A DNA stretch of 63,736 nt, the filler included, from Octopus bimaculoides (taxonomy: Eukaryota), in NCBI RefSeq assembly GCF_001194135.2. It is 6 parts of 5 records of this genome, joined end to end, with 100 filler letters (N's around TTAATTAATTAA, not from the genome) between each part and the next. Parts side by side here need not be neighbours in the genome. Positions count along the whole stretch, not along the records: positions 1 to 29,375 come from NC_068983.1; positions 29,476 to 41,297 come from NC_069002.1; 4 more parts are not named here. One strand, given 5' to 3'. The notes under the pieces were generated by a model. That model had not been told where the DNA came from, searched no databases, and worked only from the letters and a program-made list of their open reading frames with translations. Made by a program: the position numbers and the translations under genes. Positions 24,871 to 37,290 of this stretch are shown one piece after another (the first letter of the stretch is position 1; each line of letters begins with the position of its first letter).

Positions 24871-25630
24871 TTTGTATGCAATACTTAAAAATATACTCTC
24901 ACTATACCTGTGATGCTGTATACAACGATGTATCCTTACCTGTCACTTAGGCGGGAAACAAAATTAGACAATGACTCAGAGAGCAAGCTTCTACTTGAGA
25001 ATATGATACACTGTAGCTAGCAGCCAATCTCACTCAAATCACGCCCTGCTGTTTTTAAAGTGTAGAACAGACGGCATAATCTAATCCTAGATGCAATATC
25101 ACTGAAACAGTTTTTAAGCATATGTCGCCTTTTTCAAGGTTAGGTGGAGCTAAAGAACAATAATAGTGTGAGTTGAGCAGAAGTAGTTAATCTGCAATGA
25201 AGTAGAGTACTGATATTTTACGAGAAAAATGTGTAACGTATATGTCATCAAAACTTCACACTGTTGACAGTAAAAATAAAAATAAAAAAAATAGTAAAGA
25301 AGCACTCGAGGATTTGGAGCAATGAAACTCCCGTTATATAAACCACCTGAATCAACAAAGCATTTTTAACCGAATATGTCATCGTCAAATGAAGAAATTT
25401 TTACTTTTTAGGAAAGTAAGTAAATAAATAAAATATAAGATATCTGCTTCGCAAAAATCTGTCAATCGAGTATTTTCCTAGTAACTATGTTCCACTCTTA
25501 ATAGATAGCTTAATAAATACGTATATACAGCTACGTCTGTAGCGTAGCGTAGTTACATAGTCTGTAGGAAAAGACTCGATATACATATCGGCTATCGATA
25601 CATATACATGCATAAGAACACACACACACA

Positions 25631-25671
<41 letters not shown>

Positions 25672-25829
25672 TATGTATAATATATACATATATATTCATA
25701 TATATTCCTTCAATTCTTTGCGATCCAACCAACATTTTATTCTTAAATTATTGAATGGAACACAAACATACATTCATGCATACACACATACATATATACA
25801 TACATATATGCAATCATACACACATGCAT

Positions 25830-25873
<44 letters not shown>

Positions 25874-26194
25874 GNNNNNNNNNNNNNNNNNNNNNNNNNN
25901 NNNNNNNNNNNNNNNNNNNNNNNNNNNNNNNNNNNNNNNNNNNNNNNNNNNNNNNNNNNNNNNNNNNNNNNNNNNNNNNNNNNNNNNNNNNNNNNNNNNN
26001 NNNNNNNNNNNNNNNNNNNNNNNNNNNNNNNNNNNNNNNNNNNNNNNNNNNNNNNNNNNNNNNNNNNNNNNNNNNNNNNNNNACACACACACACATATAT
26101 ATAGTTGGAATTTACAAAACAACAAAAACAACAGACGAAGACAGGTGTGTAAACAACAGATGTATTAGTTTAACGCTTGGGAAGGCGAGAAAGT

Positions 26195-26230
26195 CTTTTA
26201 CGTTTCGAACCTGTGCTCTTCAACAGAAAG
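26195..26230 (-). ncRNA. Minimal type I hammerhead-like motif with A6U substitution
   Basis: CUUU CUGUUGA A GAGC ACAG GUUC GAAAC GUA^ AAAG. Stem I CUUU/AAAG, stem II GAGC/GUUC, palindromic ACGU stem III. Lies in PLE-end repeat 26100-26230. Confidence 0.55.
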
Positions 26231-27769
26231 GAACACGAGAAAATAAAAAGTGAGAGAATAAAAACAAAAAAAAACTTTAGTGACAGAGAATAAAAAAGTT
26301 TTAGTGACTAACGGTCAATCATTCCTTCAATTCGTTGCGACTCGGTCACGGTTCTGTTTCTAAGCTATGGAATGGCATTTTGGAATTTGATTTTATGCTG
26401 CTACTAATGCTAATATTTGGGAACATGAGAATGGAATTTCATTCCAGTGACATGAAACATGTACGATTCTAGCTTCCTCTGAAGCTTCCACAATCAGGAA
26501 ACTGTAATTAAGTTAGGTAAAAAAAAAGAAAGGAAAAACTACTTCACAAACAATGAGAGGGAGCTTCAACGCAGCATCACGACCTACTAGAATAGGTTAT
26601 CAGTTATATTTAAAATTAGACTCTACTGTCTAAATCCAGGAAGAGCGCATGAAATCGTCTAGATAAACACCTTCCAAGATAGCCATGGTTAAAATGAATT
26701 TTGTTAAATTAGATTGATAATTTAAGCACGACTAACCTTATCTAAACAAGAAAAGTACGTTTTAAAGGTATTAGCTAACTGATCTCTATGTTATTCGTTT
26801 TGGGACATTGTGTACATTAAGAAGATAAATAGACTTATTTACCGCATCGTTAGAGATGAAACATTCTCTAATATTTGCTTCTACATTGCGTTCAGTTCTG
26901 TTTGCTCTCCAGTTTCATTAGGTGTGTTATTCTTGTTACATACGTAGTGCCGGACCCTGTTTGAATCGTTTCAGTTTATTTCTAACCAAAGAGTAATGAG
27001 TGCATAATGCCACTGCCGTGTGCTATGGTTCAGTAGTAAAAGCATTATGAGGCCGTCCATATGAAGACTTAGCTAAACTATGTTTCCCTTCTACATCCGA
27101 ACTTGCCAAACTTAGAACTTTTCAAAGCAATATTTTTTAGTTCGACAATCCCGTTACAAATTTACTGAAAGCAATGAAAATCGTAATCTAAGGAGTTGCT
27201 GTGTGGTAAGTAGCTGTGTGGTAAGTAGACAAGAACCTCCACCCATGTCTCCCTCTTGTAAACATAAGGAGACAGGAAATGTGTCAAGGCCGACAGGAAG
27301 CGGTGCAGCTTCCTAAGTCTAACCAACGGTAGTATTATTCCCTTCAGGGGACTGTCATATTAAGTTGACAGCATACAACCATACAACTTTGGCTGTCCAT
27401 TATTATCTTCTTTGCAAAGAGACACGTAAGTATTTATGTGTGTATATGTGCAAGGATTTATGTATGTATGTATGTATGTATGTATATCTGCAGATTTGTA
27501 TGCTTTATGTATGTATTCTCTTGCATGCAATTGCATATCTAGACATGCTCATATATATTTACATGATAAACCTCTGGTATGTATGTATGTATGTATGTAT
27601 GTATGCATGTGTGTGTGTGTGTGTGTGTGTGCGCGTGTGTCAAAAGGCCGATTTATGCTCTATATACGAACTTTACCTAAGTTATCTTAAGTTCAGCTAC
27701 CTGAACCAAATTCTTCCAAAGAATGGAAGTTCTATAACAGTGACTGATGACTTGGTAGGTGAAAAGAAA

Positions 27770-28490
27770 TGACTCTAGATATGTGCCGAAGAAACAACGT
27801 TCATAAAAATTATGCTGTACTGTCTGAAGTAAGAAAACACAATATCTTGTGTCAGTATGACTTGGTTACACAAAAGGATTTTATTTTTACTCTCACTGCA
27901 CTTGGCTTCGGTCACTGAATGTCTCACAGGACCTTGTTAACAATCTACTCATTTCTGAAAGCGGAACGATTGTCTCTGATGTTATTTATATTTCAAAAGG
28001 AATATTCCAAGGAGACAATATGTCTGCGCTGCTGTTTATTTTGGCATTAAATCCAGTTATCTGTTTTACCAAAATGCAATGGCTTTGTTCTACGGTCTAC
28101 AACAAATGGCACCAGGTAATTCAAAGAAGTATTCTAGAACTATTTATGATGTTGAGAACCAGTTGGATGCCTGCAGATATGGAAATCGAATTTGGCCAAA
28201 AGAAATGTTTTCATCTAATATTTGAATAGGGAAAAGTGTTTCCAGGGGCACAAGTTTTTGCGTTAATGCTTTCTTTACCCCCACACGAGTGCTACAAATA
28301 CCTAAGCGTTGACGTAAACATACCATATAAAAGTGGTGTTATCAAAGATAGCGTGACCACTATGATACTAGACTAGTCTTTTTATAAAATATTGCAGTCA
28401 GAACATCGCTCTCTATAACCCACAAGGCGTTTGAAGAACCTCTGCTGACACAAGGATTTGAGATACTTGATTGGTCTATGAGGTAATTTT
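27770..28490 (+). pseudogene. RLE-type non-LTR retrotransposon reverse transcriptase remnant
   Basis: SDVIYISKGIFQGDNMSALLFILALNPV (RT motif GIFQGD at 27999-28016), DMEIEFGQKKC, ECYKYLSVD, FEILDWS. Contains stops and frameshifts. Confidence 0.8.
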
Positions 28491-28499
28491 CTCTATAGA

Positions 28500-29070
28500 T
28501 TTAAAAGTAGCCAATACCTGATGAAACTAAATAGAAACTTAGACAGAAACAGAGATATTGATATTATTCGATGCTTGCATGATAAACCATTAGAAGTCAG
28601 GGATTTCGAGACAGCTGTATCTCTTAGACAAAAACTTTCAGCTTGTGCACGATGATTTTCTCCAAAAATGTGTATTATATTTTGAAACTCACTATATATG
28701 AGGAGAACGAGGTCAAGGCGAACGAAGACGAAGAATTCAGCTAACTTTTCGTGTTGAATTGTGGAATGTTTTCGAAAGAACACAGAATAATATGATGATA
28801 ACAAACAATAGCGTTGAAGGCTTGCACAATGCAATGCAAAGCTCCCTTAATAAAATGCAGCCGAATTTGTGGACATTATTACGTATTTGAAAAAGGAAGA
28901 ACCACTAGCGGAAAAGAAAAAGTGTTACTTAGATCGAAGAGATGCAGTTCTAATGACAAAAATATGCCTTGTTATGAACAAAAAGACTTCAGCGGAAAAT
29001 GCTTCATTACAGTCCGACGCAGAAAGATCTTTACTTACGAAACATTGCTTGGAATTTTCTCAATTTAAGT
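28500..29070 (+). pseudogene. MULE (Mutator-like) transposase C-terminal remnant
   Basis: From 28678: YFETHYI*GERGQGERRRRIQLTFRVELWNVFERTQNNMMITNNSVEGLHNAMQSSLNKMQPNLWTL, then frameshift to LKKEE. This is the characteristic WN...TNN..EG.H...P..W motif. Confidence 0.85.
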
Positions 29071-29419
29071 GTTTCATATATGTTTTAATAAAATTACATT
29101 TTCTAATGTTTGACTCTGAAAAAAGACATGTTAAAAAAGGCATATAAAGACATATAGTGAGTGTATATGTACATGTTTATGTGCATCTGCATCTATTGTT
29201 TATATTGTGTTTCATTGTATCTCACAACTGAGTGGTTTGTTAAATAAAGATCAATAATGTGATTAGTACCAGATTCAAATAAGTGCTAAACTTGATTCGA
29301 TGACTTAGAATTCCTATAAATATAATATATAATATAATATAATATAACATATATATATATATATATATATATATANNNNNNNNNNNNNNNNNNNNNNNNN
29401 NNNNNNNNNNNNNNNNNNN

Positions 29420-29431
29420 TTAATTAATTAA
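29420..29431. other. Assembly linker TTAATTAATTAA inside ~100-bp N gaps (artefact)
   Basis: The identical 12-mer is centred in N runs at 29420, 41342, 54130, 57257 and 62378, and has stop codons in all six frames. Confidence 0.9.
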
Positions 29432-29476
29432 NNNNNNNNNNNNNNNNNNNNNNNNNNNNNNNNNNNNNNNNNNNNA

Positions 29477-30500
29477 GTATTGTTGCCTCAGATTGTTATA
29501 TGTGTGTGGGTGTCTATGGGTGTTTTGGTTAGTGATGTGTGTAACTCTAGTATGTGGGATGTTTCTTGATCTGGTGTTATTTTGTGTTCTTGAGTTCGGT
29601 GGGGGCCAGTAATTTTGGGTCATAGGGTAGTAGCATGTGGTGGGTTTCTTATCCTAGTGTTGTTTTGGGTTGTTATGGGGTGGTTATGCCTGGTATTGGG
29701 ACGTTGTTGGTGTGTTCTGGTCCTGGTGTATGGGTGATCTTTAGGTTTGGTGCAATCTATTTCATAAATGCGTTGTCTGTCATCTTGTTCCCTGTTTAGT
29801 TTTGGGTGGTTCAAAAGTGGTGGTCGTAAGTGATTTCTATTTATGGTGTATGGAGGGTAATGAGGAGGGTTGTTGTTGATTAAGTGGTTGAAATTGGTGG
29901 TGGTTTGTGCGTTGTTCAGGTTTTGTTTATTATTTATAGTTCTTTTCTTTAGGAAAGGATTATCTGTGCTGAATTCTTTTTTAAAAGTTGATTCATATAT
30001 TTGAGAAATGCGCAAAACAAATGCTACCACAATTTATAATCTTTCCTTTCTATCAATGTGCCATTAGAACACCAACACAAATTAGATTAAATAAGGAAAC
30101 CTTCTTCATTCAAAAATACCAACCCAAACTTAACCATTGCTAAAACATTTAAATAAGGAAATTTATCACCCCACTAAGAGGGAAAAAATATAGAACAAAA
30201 CCATGGTAATTTAATCAAAATCTACCACCTCCTACGTTTCGATTATCTCCCTTATACCGGAAGAAATCCCTAATTACCTCCCCCTATCTAGAACTCTTAT
30301 TTTCAGACGGGAGCGAACACATGTTACAATGAAGTAGAGAAATGTGAAAAGACAACTCGAAACCGGTTATTTCTCCAAATACAATGTTTATATACAAAAA
30401 TAATTTTATAATATTTTTCTGACATAATTTAAATATATACTTTAACCATGTAACACAAGCCTTCTGTAGTTTTTTCACTCTTATTATCTTTTATACATCC
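29477..30500. mobile_element. Penelope-like element fragment with an inverted junction
   Basis: Plus strand ~29995-30137 reads HIFEKCAKQMLPQFIIFPFYQCAIRTPTQIRLNKETFFIQKYQPKLNHC* (GIY-YIG C-terminus). The minus strand at 29477-29990 is N/T/H/P-rich, like the PLE linker at 40570-40950. Confidence 0.6.
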
Positions 30501-30733
30501 AGCCACGTGCTTTCNNNNNNNNNNNNNNNNNNNNNNNNNNNNNNNNNNNNNNNNNNNNNNNNNNNNNNNNNNNNNNNNNNNNNNNNNNNNNNNNNNNNNN
30601 NNNNNNNNNNNNNNNNNNNNNNNNNNNNNNNNNNNNNNNNNNNNNNNNNNNNNNNNNNNNNNNNNNNNNNNNNNNNNNNNNNNNNNNNNNNNNNNNNNNN
30701 NNNNNNNNNNNNNNNNNNNNNNNNNNNNNNNNN

Positions 30734-30771
<38 letters not shown>

Positions 30772-32719
30772 GGTGGTGCCTTAACATGGTTGCAGCAATC
30801 AGTCTGAAATTAGAAAAGAAAAAATATATAAGCGCTTGATTTTGTGTATTTGCCTGTGTTTTCAATTACTCTATTCAACTGATTATTAATTTCCCTCCCC
30901 ATACATGTGTGGTGTGTTAGTAAACCCGTACCCTCTGTGACAACTGTAGCACTATTTGTATACGCACGACTAGTTTCTTCCGTGTTAAAAACTTGCTAGC
31001 TCTTTCAGTATCTTATTTTAAACACTTTAAATTATTAATATTAGATTCACCCCAAAATTTGAATGCAATACAAATATTATCTATGTCATTCCAGTACATT
31101 TAAGTTCTATAATAGATGAATATGCGCGGTGCTATCAAATAACGATCTGCTATCTAATTGAAATTTCTTTCAATTTCTGCCCACGTATTGTTGTCATGCC
31201 ATTGAACTTTTCCGTTAATATCTACAGAATTCTGTTATACTGTCCTTCATTTAAATTTTGCTTGCTTACAAGTATTGCTCGAACGGCTGCAATTTAAACT
31301 TCGTGAATTTGATTCAGATAACTGCGACTATATTAGTCATGTCCGCTTTGCGTCAAATGATTATTTAAAAAATCTTGACTATTGTCTCGGAATCTTAATC
31401 TTCTTAAAACATATTTGCGGAGCGAATTTTGGATTTCTACAACATTTAACGTAGGCCATTATCCCTTCTGAAAGGTTAAACCGTGTTCTTGTGAAGAAAT
31501 AAGAATTCACAATTTACAATTTCCCCAAGTTTCGTCCATTGAAATATACGGTGTCATTGAACCATATATTGAGAGATGTCATTGAAAACGAAATGTGAGC
31601 GGAGAAATGTCAGGTACAGAAATATAGCGATTAAAGCACGACTGTCTTATTTATAGTGAATTGTCTTAAACATAAGATCCGATAAATAATAAATGTCTTT
31701 CATGGTGAGACGTCTTTAACTTAAGCTCAGATAAGTAACAAATGCTTTTTAAATGGTTATTTCATGACAGCAACATGTGTTCACAAATGCAATCTTCAAT
31801 TTGGACATGAAGATAAAATGTGGTTACAAAGATGTACTTAAGAAGATAGATTATCAAAGAAAGAGAAGATACGATGGGAGGTTTTAGTAAATAAATGTAT
31901 TGTATTTTAACTATTTTTCAGTTTTCTCATGTCTGAACATTCGGCAGTCTTATAAAAAAAATTGGAACACCTGATAGATTTGATTAACTAAGTGATATCA
32001 CCCTATCGAACAACCTCAAAAGCATTCATTATAATTGGTTTGTATAATTTATATTCACCTTTAAACATCACGATACATTTCTCACATTAACATTTCATTT
32101 CTTCTATGTGACGTTGGTAAAATTTACTTTCACTCTTTTCTCTTAAATTGGGTTTCATTGCTGATCACACTAGGGATCTCAACAGAATTATTTTCAGAGT
32201 TTGTAGATTTTGTTATCATGTTGTTCTTCATTTGAAGTTCATTTTAAACCGCTCACACGTGTCACAGAAGTCAATCTATTCCTGTCGATGACGTCTTGTT
32301 TTAGGAATGTGGGTTGCCATTTAGGGCAATTTTGAATTTTCTTTGTGAGTTTGTGATATGTTTAACTCAGAATCACAGGTGTCAGGCAAAAGCGATATCA
32401 ACAATAGTGAAAATAATTACCCTGTACGTAGACTAAGACATTTGAGATTTTCATAATTAACCTGCTTGTTGGTATATTTGTAGACAGAGATGGAAAATAC
32501 CGAGGGTTCTAAACTACACTTTTTGAAAAAAAAAAACGAAGAGGAAGTAATGTCAAGAAAAGCGGATGTTGCATGAATTCCCTCCGGACTAATTATTTTC
32601 CCATTTCCAAACTAATGAAAGGATGAAATATGTCAATCACTGACTAGAAATTTTATGAATTTCATAACAAATATAGAAAAAGAATGAACGTGTCAATCTT
32701 ATGCATTTTTCTCCTCACA

Positions 32720-33146
32720 GGCGCAGGAGTGGCTAATGGTAAGAAGCTTGCTTACCAACCACATGGTTCTGGGTTCAGTCCCACTGCATAGCACCTTGGG
32801 CAAGTGTCTTCTACTATAGCCTCGGGCCGACCAAAGCCTTGTGAGTGGATTTGGTAGACGGAAACTGAAAGAAGCCTGTCGTATATATGTATATATATAT
32901 ATATATATATACATATATATATACATATATAACACACACACACACATATATATATATGTATATAGTTTGTGTCTGTGTCAGTCCCTCTGCCATCGCTTAA
33001 CAACCGATGCTGGTGTATTTACGTCCCCGTAACTTAGCGGTTCCGCAAAAGTAACCGATTGAATAAGTTCTGGCGTCTACTTGTTCGATTAAAGGCGGTG
33101 TTCCAGCATGGCCGCACTCAAATGACTGAAACAAATAAAAGAATAA
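32720..33146 (+). mobile_element. SINE family A, full length
   Basis: GGCGCAGGAGTGGCTAATGGTAAG...GGTTCAGTCCCACTG...(TA)n...GGCGGTGTTCCAGCATGGCCGCACTCAAATGACTGAAACAAATAAAAGA. Confidence 0.9.
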
Positions 33147-33467
33147 ACGAATTATAATTCGTATATTTCTCATTCAAATTCATAATCCCTTCAAATATTA
33201 TGGAGAAATAATCATTTCCCTTATACTAATTGTTCACTAAGGAGTAATACGTGTTAAATTAAACGATAGTTTTATGTACCCATACGTTGCCTCTTTATCG
33301 AAGTGAAATGCTGTGTAGATTCTAGGTGTAAATCGAACTTGGGTATAGATTGAGGAATATAAAAGTATTGTCGTTTTATTAGTCGAGCTTTCTGCCTTTT
33401 TTGTCGCCCACCGCTGTTTGTACAAAGAAATAACACACAGCAACTCAGATAAAATTGATTTCAAATT

Positions 33468-33661
33468 TTGGCACAAAGCCAGCAATTTCGTGGAATGGGT
33501 AAGCTGATTGCATTGACCCCACTACTCAACTGGTACTTATTTTATCGACCCCGAAATGATAAAAGACAATGTCGGACTCGGTAGAATTTGAACTCAGTAT
33601 GTGAAAACAGACAAAATACCGCTAAGGATTTCAGACGAGGTGCTCGTAATTCTGCCAGCTT
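33468..33661 (-). mobile_element. SINE family B
   Basis: Reverse complement of AGCTGGCAGAATT...CTGAGTTCAAATTC...AAGTACCAGTTGAG...GTGCCAAAATTTGAAA. Confidence 0.8.
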
Positions 33662-33967
33662 TCTACCTTAAACTGCAGATAAGTTTAATCAACAAAAATA
33701 TAAGGACTGACAATATAAGCAACAGTACCGGTAGCAAAGAAAGAAGAAATCCGCAACTGCTCTCAGAGAGGTTCTTTTATTCTGTCAAAAGCTGCAATAA
33801 AAACAATTTTTCAAATGCCTTCTACGAATGAGCTTAACCCATTAGCGCCCATGGTATTTCTTTTAGGACCAGAAGCATAAGTCATCATATTTCTGAAACA
33901 CCTGCATTTTTCTGAGATATCTTTAATTCGTCATCAAGATTGGAATGTCTTTCAAATATTCTTTTCT

Positions 33968-34138
33968 ACTCTAGGCACAAGGCCCTATTTTTTTTTCTTT
34001 TGGGGTGGGGGGGACACACAATTAGATCAACCCCAGAACGCATCTGGTAATTTATTTATCGACCCCGAAATGATGAAAGGCAAAGCTGATCTCGGCAGAA
34101 TTTGAACTCAGAACGTAAAGACAGACGAAATACCGCAA
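33968..34138 (-). mobile_element. SINE family B, partial
   Basis: ATTTCGTCTGTCTTTACGTTCTGAGTTCAAATTCTGCCGAGATCAGCTTTGCCTTTCATCATTTCGGGGTCGATAAATAAAT on the minus strand. A further tail fragment lies at ~34520-34620. Confidence 0.8.
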
Positions 34139-34739
34139 GTGTCTTTCAAATATTGTAGTAGTTTTTTTTATGTATTTAGTATGAGATAAGGTTGTATCGA
34201 AAAAGATCTTTGGTAATAAATTAAATGAAAAAATAAATGGAGCATTGATGGATTAATGAATAATAAATAATGTTTTCTCTACATGACCCAGACTAGAGCT
34301 TCCTAAGGCTTACAAATAACCGGCTGCACATACTCTTCCATCGAATGGTCACAGTCATTTTGACACTGATGAAGGTGTAATAGAAATTTGCATCTGGGTA
34401 GGATGGGGCATTGTCAAAATGAATTCAAATTCGTTGGAGTTACAGATGAAAGGACTTCGTGAGCCGAAAAACACTAACCAACTGAATAATGGTCCAATGT
34501 AATATATAGATATTAGTTTCAAATTTTGGCACAAGGCCAAGAATTGCGGATAGTGTGGGGTGGGGGCAAGTCGATTACATCGATCCTAGTCTTTAAATAG
34601 TACGCATTTTATCGACTGTGAAATCTTCTTTAATTTTTCTCATATACGTATATATATATATATGTATGTATATAAGCATCTGGGGTATCTTTACAATATC
34701 ACCCAAAAAATTCACAACATAGATGGGATACTTGTTCAA

Positions 34740-35030
34740 TCTGATTAAACAGGAAACATATACAGACATACCAGGGATTACTACCTAGAATTGCTTAGGA
34801 AAGAAATACAAAAGAATTATAGGATTACTGGTAAAAGTGCTATCATGAAAGCCAACCATGAGGCTAAGAAATTAGCCAGAAATATGACTTACTTATGAAG
34901 ACTGAACCTCTTGACCCCAAACGACCTCGTTTTGTTTTAAAAGACAAGCCAAATATTTTTAATGACATAACCTTACGACTATTTGTCCTTCTAGCTCTAA
35001 TAAAGGTCTACTTAGTAAAAATTATTCTAG
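34740..35030 (+). pseudogene. Penelope-like RT N-terminal remnant
   Basis: *TGNIYRHTRDYYLELLRKEIQKNYRI...NHEAKKLA, then LKDKPNIFNDITLRL...KIILD. Resembles the PLE RT region ADKT.N.Y...LKDHK.NF...RLI. Confidence 0.65.
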
Positions 35031-35052
35031 ATTAATATATATATATATATTT

Positions 35053-35215
35053 ATACGACATGCCTCTTTCAGTTTCCGTCTACCAAATCCACTCAAAAGG
35101 TGTTGGTCCGCCCGAAACTACAGTAGAAGACACTTGCCCAGGTGCTACACAGTGGGACTGAACCCGGAACCATGTGGTTGATACGCAAGCTACTTACCAC
35201 ACAGCCACACCTCCT
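35053..35215 (-). mobile_element. SINE family A, 5' half
   Basis: TTTCAGTTTCCGTCTACCAAATCCACTC...GAAGACACTTGCCCAGGTG...AAGCTACTTACCACACAGCCAC. Confidence 0.85.
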
Positions 35216-35658
35216 ATGTATAAATAAATAAATAAATAAATATATATATATATATANNNNNNNNNNNNNNNNNNNNNNNNNNNNNNNNNNNNNNNNNNNN
35301 NNNNNNNNNNNNNNNNNNNNNNNNNNNNNNNNNNNNNNNNNNNNNNNNNNNNNNNNNNNNNNNNNNNNNNNNNNNNNNNNNNNNNNNNNNNNNNNNNNNN
35401 NNNNNNNNNNNNNNNNNNNNNNNNNNNNNNNNNNNNNNNNNNNNNNNNNNNNNNNNNNNNNNNNNNNNNNNNNNNNNNNNNNNNTAAAAGCAGCTGCTTT
35501 TAAATAAAGCATATTACTCTACCTCTGGTATTTGAGTACTCTTTTTTCCACCTTGTTGCACATTTCATGTGCTTACTCCGGTATATATATATATATATAT
35601 ATATATATTTAACATATTTTCGTTAAATCATATATGTGTGTGTGTGCGTGTGTGTGTT

Positions 35659-35689
<31 letters not shown>

Positions 35690-36588
35690 ACGTGTGCGTG
35701 TGAATGACTCTATGCGTGTGTGTATGTCGTCCAAAAGAAATCTGGGTTATTGGTCCTTTGTGGTATTCGTTGTACATAAATTTAGATAGACGCTTGTCAC
35801 TCTCATCCTGAGCTCTGCAGAAAACTAGCAATTAACTGGCTGTGAACCGTCAAGCAACTAAGCAATCGGTGAGGGATTACAATATTAAAACAGATAATAA
35901 AAATGAGTGAAGTAGATGATGGTTTCCTTGTCATATGAGAGATGACAAGCAATTAAAGGACGGACGAATAATCAGTTTTTGAAGAAACAGAATTTTAAAT
36001 TTTCATTGACGAACGCCACCATCAGAATTGGAAGGAAATATACCACTGAGAGACTACCAATTCCCATTTTTATTAGGAACATGTTTACATTGCTTCACGC
36101 GAAATAATGAAGGTGACCTGTAGATGTGACGTCTGTGCCTCTTTAGAGGTAGGACCCTTTACGAACTGAAAAAGACTCAGCTGTGGTTTCAATGTTTTTA
36201 AAGAATGTCATTCTCCCGAATCTTATTTTTTGTCTTATTTTCAGTACTTACTAGTACAAATATTCGCAATTATTTGATTATAAAACGAAGTGTAAATAGA
36301 CTAGTTAATTATTAAATAGCTCTATTACTATTATTGGTTTCGTGTTCTTATCGACCAAACAATGTTTAAATGCAACCTCAATTTCGAAACAATATCGATG
36401 GTTAAGTTGAATATAATTTACGGGGTGCTTCTGAGAACATTTGAATAACAGGATATCACCGTTTTCACACCAATTAAAGGTTTGTTATTTCATTTAGATC
36501 TCCCAGGCAGATAAAATGCTGACAAAAGAAACGGAAAGGCATGCAAGTTGTGCGGAACACAGCAATTTAGAAAATGAAATCTTTCTAA

Positions 36589-37290
36589 ATGCAGTATGTA
36601 CTTTCGTACACAAAATTTGTTAGGAAACTTAAGCCTCCGAGGAAACGTTTCAACTGTATCAAAGAGAAGAATAGTCACAGAAAACGTTCGGATATTACAA
36701 GAACACCGCAATTCATGCAACGTGTTCAACACATCATTTGTGATAATTCTGGAAAGTCATTGAGGGTTAATGCCAAATTACTTCACATATCGGAGTGGCC
36801 TAGCAGAACAATCGTATGTACTGAAGAGAAACCAATTAATAATTTAAATACAAGGGGAAACCGTTTGATCCATATGACATGGATTCTTAAGAACGTTAAA
36901 AATCTCAAGGACATGTACTTTCGTTTTTCCCTTGATGTGAAAAACTTGACCAAGACCAATTTCTAACACATAGTTCTCAGGTTTCTCATAGTGATATACA
37001 GTGTTAATGCAAGTTTTAGGTAAAGCGATAACGATTGTCATCTTATGCAACTAAACATCTTTCCACAGAGTCTTAAAATGAATGCTCCTAGACATGTCGA
37101 TAGCCTGCAGACAGTTGTTTTGCCTTGGATGGATAATGTACGCACTGGAAGTTCATGTATCTTTCAACAATATTGCGTGCCTTTTCACAAAACATTCACA
37201 AATCAAGAACGGTTGTTAGACAACATTTCTGATCCTATTAACCTGACTTGTCCCCAAACTCACAGTAAAGCTATGCTCAGGTGATATCCG
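36589..37290 (+). pseudogene. maT/DD37D-like (Tc1/mariner superfamily) transposase remnant, N-terminal to middle part
   Basis: HRKRSDITRTPQFMQRVQHII...GKSLR..AK.LHISEW, FSLDVKN (degenerate FFSDEKN), IFPQSLKMNA...LQTVVLPWMDNVRTGSSCIFQQYCVPFHK (degenerate FQQDSAPSHK). Confidence 0.7.
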
